This document shows positions 17,094 through 19,868 of a DNA stretch of 19,868 nucleotides, one piece after another. Within the stretch, counting starts at the first letter, position 1. The number at the start of each line of letters is the position of its first letter. Origin of the DNA: a virus. Lineage: Duplodnaviria > Heunggongvirae > Uroviricota > Caudoviricetes. The translations under genes and the position numbers were made by a program. The notes beneath the pieces were generated by a model. The model saw only the letters and a list, made by a program, of their open reading frames with translations, did no database searches and was not told the DNA's origin. The stretch spans positions 1 through 19,868 of the IMG/VR virus record IMGVR_UViG_3300013102_000006; one strand, written 5' to 3'.

Positions 17094-18221
17094 TTTGTTT
17101 TCCTGTTTATTTATTTCTACATCATCCTTAGCGACGGAATTCTTCGCAAGAGATGGTGGTGTTTCTTTAAATTTCTTATAGTAAACCTTTATAGCGTTGT
17201 ATATGCCCTGACGTTCAGAATCTGGAACATCTAAACCTCCACGTGCACCGTTAAGTGCCGCCATAGAAGCTGCTACACCTCGCCATACTGCTACTAGTTC
17301 ACCGTCAACGATGTCTGCGAATGGAAGCTTATAAGCTCCAAGCGTACCAGCGTCATCTGGTGTGTAGTAGAAGAATGCTTTACCATATTTTTTAAAGTCC
17401 AATTTGTCATTTTCACCAGTGGCCCAGGCTCGCACCCGTTTTTCTGCCATAGATGAATCCCATTCGCGACTTTTGTCAGCTAGTGGGAGCGTCTTAGATG
17501 CGGGAACTGAGTTCTCGACACTTGTCTCTTGAATTAGTTCGTTGAGTTCTTTAGTAAGAGCGATAGCATTCTCTACTTCTGTGGTATCAACTTTGAGCTT
17601 AACCTGAACGGTTTTCTCGTTTGATTCAAGGGTGTGTACTGCACCTTCAACTTCATTGTTTGTTTTCACTGTGCTAGAATGTTCACCAAGAATAGCTTCT
17701 TCGATTCCATCTATATCTAGCCCGGCTTTTTTCGAACTTTCAAGTGAATTATGTACTAACTGATTAAGGCTAGCGTTATAATTGTTCTGAGTGACTACTT
17801 GGGACAGACCAACGAGTTCTGCATCCCAATAGACACCATTCTCGTCAGGTGGCATACCAATAGTCTCAATCGAGAAGTTTTTGCTAAATCCACCAGTGAG
17901 AAGATCATAGGCTAGTCGCCCAGATGCGCTCTCGTTGATAGCGTAGCGAATCTTATCAATCGTTACTTTGTATCCATCTTTAGTTACACCAATAACTTCA
18001 CCGATTAGATTCTCGAGTTTATCTTCATGGTCGCTTGTTAGCTGATGACCATACTTCGATACATCCATTGAATCTATATCATATCTTGTGCCGTTACGTT
18101 GTAAGGTATTGTCTGTGATAGTAAGCCCACCAGGGAATGATACAACGCCGTCTCCTTCATCTATGAAAGAACTTCGTTCAACTTGTACATTCATTTGGTT
18201 TTTTGCTACTTTGTTTTTCAC
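15645..18221 (-). CDS. Fused prohead protease - accessory domain - scaffold - HK97-fold major capsid protein
   Basis: GTG start with a GAGG RBS. The N-terminal ~150 aa is prohead-protease-like (LTSDHED...IG, FSKNFSIE). An internal ~115-aa domain, a Pro/Glu/Val-rich linker and a coiled coil precede a C-terminal capsid-like region (IPTIFGMPFIVVP, AYQRNELVLRG). Confidence 0.9.
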   Translation of the reverse strand: MKNKVAKNQMNVQVERSSFIDEGDGVVSFPGGLTITDNTLQRNGTRYDIDSMDVSKYGHQLTSDHEDKLENLIGEVIGVTKDGYKVTIDKIRYAINESASGRLAYDLLTGGFSKNFSIETIGMPPDENGVYWDAELVGLSQVVTQNNYNASLNQLVHNSLESSKKAGLDIDGIEEAILGEHSSTVKTNNEVEGAVHTLESNEKTVQVKLKVDTTEVENAIALTKELNELIQETSVENSVPASKTLPLADKSREWDSSMAEKRVRAWATGENDKLDFKKYGKAFFYYTPDDAGTLGAYKLPFADIVDGELVAVWRGVAASMAALNGARGGLDVPDSERQGIYNAIKVYYKKFKETPPSLAKNSVAKDDVEINKQENKMDEDKKVETPAVEEPKVETPVVEAPKEEVKVEEPVAEAPNVEEAPKVEEPKVEQPTVDQNALAEAVKNAVAEVTTGLKADFDKQLESAREEAKNAFDTAAQAPKFKKEETAKVEKTENKYTKMSSEERYDAQVSAAWNAIKGNSLPAWEELRQINEVNLEAGKEKGIYRNSMTLADIGNFVISPELYTTIVGVRNDYTALLSATNWTETDSISFAWTERVGDINMQNVAFCDDGEDGNLKPISEYGTVVHTEDLEELAAVSVVCTAATRFAAVDLLQDVAQGYRTDYDRKRAQLVIAKLEQAVDATGNSVPYAPSNDANALTVWLQALTEISDTTLSGTLIFNARTFAELKARALRAGVNGPLAEILTGGGIPTIFGMPFIVVPNDLLPSLGGTDSVTVQVNGQNVVINHAVFYADLTQFRGRTSGGLQYDISSQASYEDGGVVKSAYQRNELVLRGSFFRGGAFLDRNKVAGIRQGTANVS

Positions 18222-18301
18222 ACAAACCTCATTTGTTTTTAATGTTCGTTTTGTTTTTGAGTATGATACTCTATAGCGCTCTTAAAATAGAATCTTTGGT
18301 A

Positions 18302-18319
18302 TCTGTATTTATTATACCA
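18302..18319 (-). promoter_or_regulatory. Extended -10 promoter for capsid operon (TGGTATAATAAATACAGA)
   Basis: TGn-TATAAT about 80 nt upstream of the capsid GTG and just downstream of a terminator. It is near-identical to 4474-4491. Confidence 0.65.
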
Positions 18320-18373
18320 AAATTGATATTTACAACTTTTATTGTTTGTGTTAGCGTCATATTTATACCAACC

Positions 18374-18394
18374 AAAAAATACCCCGAAGGGCAT
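18374..18394 (-). terminator. Rho-independent terminator ending the ncRNA unit
   Basis: ATGCCC-TTCG-GGGTAT hairpin (UUCG loop) followed by a T run. Confidence 0.8.
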
Positions 18395-18481
18395 TAGTGG
18401 ATAGTTAATGGGTCGCGTCCATTGATGAAGACTGTATTTTTCGCTCTGTGCAAGCATTCAGCAAGCTACTAAAAAGTAAGG

Positions 18482-18653
18482 CTTTTACACTATAATTAGC
18501 CAACAATCGTACGTATCTGATTTAACACTACTAGTATCATAGATTATTAAGTCCTCGGTATTGGCTCATTGCTCCAATCGCTTGAGTGAAATTCAGGACC
18601 CTATAAACGTTCACGACATACCTCTTAATTGCTGACTAATTGTAAAGTAAAAG
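18482..18653 (-). ncRNA. Structured RNA module 4
   Basis: CTTTTAC/GTAAAAG (18653-18647 with 18488-18482) plus AATTAGTCAGCAATT/GATTGTTGGCTAATT (15 bp, 3 G-U). Inner helices are GGTCCT/AGGACT and ATTGG/CCAAT. Confidence 0.6.
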
Positions 18654-18655
18654 AC

Positions 18656-18910
18656 TTGTTAGCTAATATGGTCAGCTAGTAGAAGGCCTCACGTAGTGAG
18701 TTAGCCAAGTGACGCTTCCATTTCATTCCTGCTACTAGCCGTATTGACATGGCCCGAAACTTTAGTTTGCTCGAAAGCATCCTCCTGCAGTTCCTCACGG
18801 ATACCGCTGCCCTTCAATATTTCTGACAATATAAACACGTCACATAGGTGCCTAAATACCGAATGACGTTCCACGGGATTGTGCATTTATATTGCCATAT
18901 TAGCTAACAA
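18656..18910 (-). ncRNA. Structured RNA module 3
   Basis: Perfect 16-bp closing stem TTGTTAGCTAATATGG/CCATATTAGCTAACAA. Three arms (CAATATAAA/TTTATATTG, TATTGA/TCAATA, GCTAGTAG/CTACTAGC) carry TCC-GTGA-GGA and TGCT-TTCG-AGCA hairpins. Confidence 0.7.
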
Positions 18911-18927
18911 TTTCGATTAAAGATACG

Positions 18928-19101
18928 TGGTGGGGGCGGAAGACTTTCACTTCATACTCATAACGAGTGGCGATGTACGGTCACCGTTGGTCATAGCTTG
19001 CCGTTTCGTGACTGCCCCTCGCAGGATGTAATCTCTCAATAGCTACTTGAGAAACCACCCACTACTCACAGCTCTTATTGTTGGCTACCTCACGCACCCC
19101 C
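18928..19101 (-). ncRNA. 174-nt tRNA/tmRNA-like RNA with acceptor stem and encoded CCA (module 2)
   Basis: 5' GGGGGTG pairs with CGCCCCC, followed by A-CCA. It has a T-arm-like GAAG-TGAAAGT-CTTC, GG at positions 13-14 in a stemless D-region, and a flanking 12-bp stem (19116-19105 with 18926-18915). Confidence 0.6.
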
Positions 19102-19120
19102 CAAATATCTTTAATCTTTT

Positions 19121-19306
19121 TAGAACGTATAGTGCCAGCAGCAATATGCTCCCCAAGAGTTAATTAGGCTCCCAGTTTGCCACGAAATAAATCCGAGATG
19201 CTACTAATCACACTGGCGTTTGACATTAGGATTTGAACCTAATTTCTTTCCATGGATTCGCTCGCATTGCCACATATGCTAGTTACTACCAGCATTATAC
19301 GTTCTA
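19121..19306 (-). ncRNA. Structured RNA module 1 containing tRNA-like D-arm and T-arm
   Basis: 24-bp closing helix (19 Watson-Crick, 4 G-U, 1 mismatch). D-arm GCAT-ATGTGGCA-ATGC (19279-19264) and T-arm TTAGG-TTCAAAT-CCTAA (within 19243-19225). Confidence 0.65.
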
Positions 19307-19432
19307 ATGACAGATTAGACTAGGTGACTTATAGCGTGATGTCTTGATACTCTGCATATCGCTAGTCTTTTTTCTATCGTATGAACAATCTATTTTATGT
19401 GCGAAGATTGCCTTGGCTTTCTTATGTTTTAA

Positions 19433-19461
19433 ATTGTAAATCAAAACTATTTTGTAGTCAA
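19433..19461 (-). promoter_or_regulatory. Sigma70-type promoter driving the ncRNA unit
   Basis: TTGACT-17 nt-TACAAT, directly downstream of a terminator. Confidence 0.75.
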
Positions 19462-19468
19462 TAGTTTT
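19443..19468. promoter_or_regulatory. Operator-like inverted repeat overlapping the -35 box
   Basis: AAAACTATT-8 nt-AATAGTTTT. Confidence 0.45.
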
Positions 19469-19478
19469 TTAGAACATT

Positions 19479-19502
19479 AAGAAAAAGCTAGCTATACTAG
19501 CT
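19479..19502 (-). terminator. Intrinsic terminator after the upstream ORF
   Basis: AGCTAG-TATAG-CTAGCT hairpin followed by TTTTCTT. Confidence 0.55.
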
Positions 19503-19566
19503 GTCACGGCAACCGGTGTGTAATGGACGAGCATCCATATGGCCGTAAATCGCCAGTTACTTAGTG

Positions 19567-19868
19567 TTAACTACCGACGCCCAGTAGTGTAAGATTGTGT
19601 GCCGTACTGCCGCCACCGCCAGCAAGGTATTGTAGTTCTGTGGTCTTGGTAATCCAAGAGACAGATGCCGAAAGTGTTTGGTTGTTAAAGCTATACGATG
19701 AAAGTGGTGTATTACTATCGAATATACAGTTGTCATCAGAGCCTGTCTTATACTCGGTAACAAGTGTCATACTCGTAGGTGGGTGTGACCCGATATTACC
19801 TGTAATACCTTTGCCTGTTGCAGTGATAATTACCCAGTCGTTGCCTGGACTTGCATATGTCACAATAC
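19567..19868 (-). CDS. Hypothetical protein, 5'-truncated by window edge
   Basis: The frame is open to the window end (the listed start at 19863 is a GTG with an in-frame sense codon upstream). It is Ser/Thr/Gly-rich, and a terminator follows. Confidence 0.6.
   Translation of the reverse strand, partial: IVTYASPGNDWVIITATGKGITGNIGSHPPTSMTLVTEYKTGSDDNCIFDSNTPLSSYSFNNQTLSASVSWITKTTELQYLAGGGGSTAHNLTLLGVGS

Larger units (their letters stand above)
18374..19426 (-). ncRNA. Putative ~1.05 kb multi-module structured non-coding RNA (family not identified)
   Basis: Bounded by a promoter and a terminator, with no credible ORF. It has four adjacent domains closed by long stems, with G-U pairs valid only on the minus strand, plus GNRA/UUCG tetraloops and T-loops. 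Confidence 0.75.
1..19868 (-). mobile_element. Tailed phage (siphovirus-like) or prophage virion morphogenesis and lysis module
   Basis: Canonical colinear order: capsid, adaptor, closure, neck, terminator, tube, chaperones, tape measure, Dit, Tal, fibres, lysin. Genes are tightly packed with TAATG/ATGA overlaps, all on the minus strand. No integrase, att site or host gene lies in the window, so free phage versus prophage cannot be decided. Confidence 0.96.

Noticed and set aside
748-18397. All plus-strand ORFs in the track (e.g. 1604-1852, 2503-2982, 4748-5368, 10105-10659, 15868-16236)
   Set aside because: They are antisense shadows of well-supported minus-strand genes, with no RBS or family motifs. 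Their length is explained by codon bias of the real genes.
18239-18886. Minus-strand ORFs 18239-18457 (72 aa) and 18701-18886 (61 aa)
   Set aside because: No SD motif and no recognisable protein features. The first runs through a terminator and a promoter, and the second lies inside a densely paired RNA module. Translation is not formally excluded.
18928-19101. Call as a bona fide tmRNA (ssrA) with tag peptide AVSSGWFLK
   Set aside because: About half the normal length, no G3-U70 and no evident pseudoknot 1. The candidate frame overlaps the P2-like helix and lacks the hydrophobic/Ala-ending degron.
19225-19290. Call as a functional tRNA (Trp or Met)
   Set aside because: No anticodon stem, no 7-bp acceptor stem and no CCA at the expected place.
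18222-19560. CRISPR array, RNase P RNA, group I/II intron or phi29-type pRNA
   Set aside because: No direct repeat-spacer pattern and no recognisable catalytic core motifs. The 174-nt length match to phi29 pRNA is coincidental without sequence or phage-family support.

Overview
The whole window is the head-tail-lysis module of a tailed, siphovirus-like phage or prophage, with every real gene on the minus strand. In transcription order it carries: a truncated unknown ORF; a ~1.3 kb non-coding gap; a fused prohead protease/scaffold/major capsid gene; head-tail adaptor, head closure, neck and tail terminator genes; tail tube; two tail chaperone genes; tape measure; Dit; a Tal-like hub with a carbohydrate-binding insert; three small paralogous tail-tip genes; four tandem paralogous fibre genes with a shared N-terminus and different C-terminal tips; an amidase lysin; and another truncated ORF. 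The most striking feature is the non-coding gap. It looks like a self-contained ~1.05 kb transcription unit (sigma70 promoter at 19433-19461, intrinsic terminator at 18374-18394). It is tiled by four back-to-back structured RNA modules, each closed by its own long stem whose G-U wobbles work only on the minus strand. One module has a tmRNA/tRNA-like acceptor end with an encoded CCA, and another has a tRNA-like D-arm/T-arm elbow. All family assignments come from motif recognition by eye, with no database searches or folding programs. The host is not determined.
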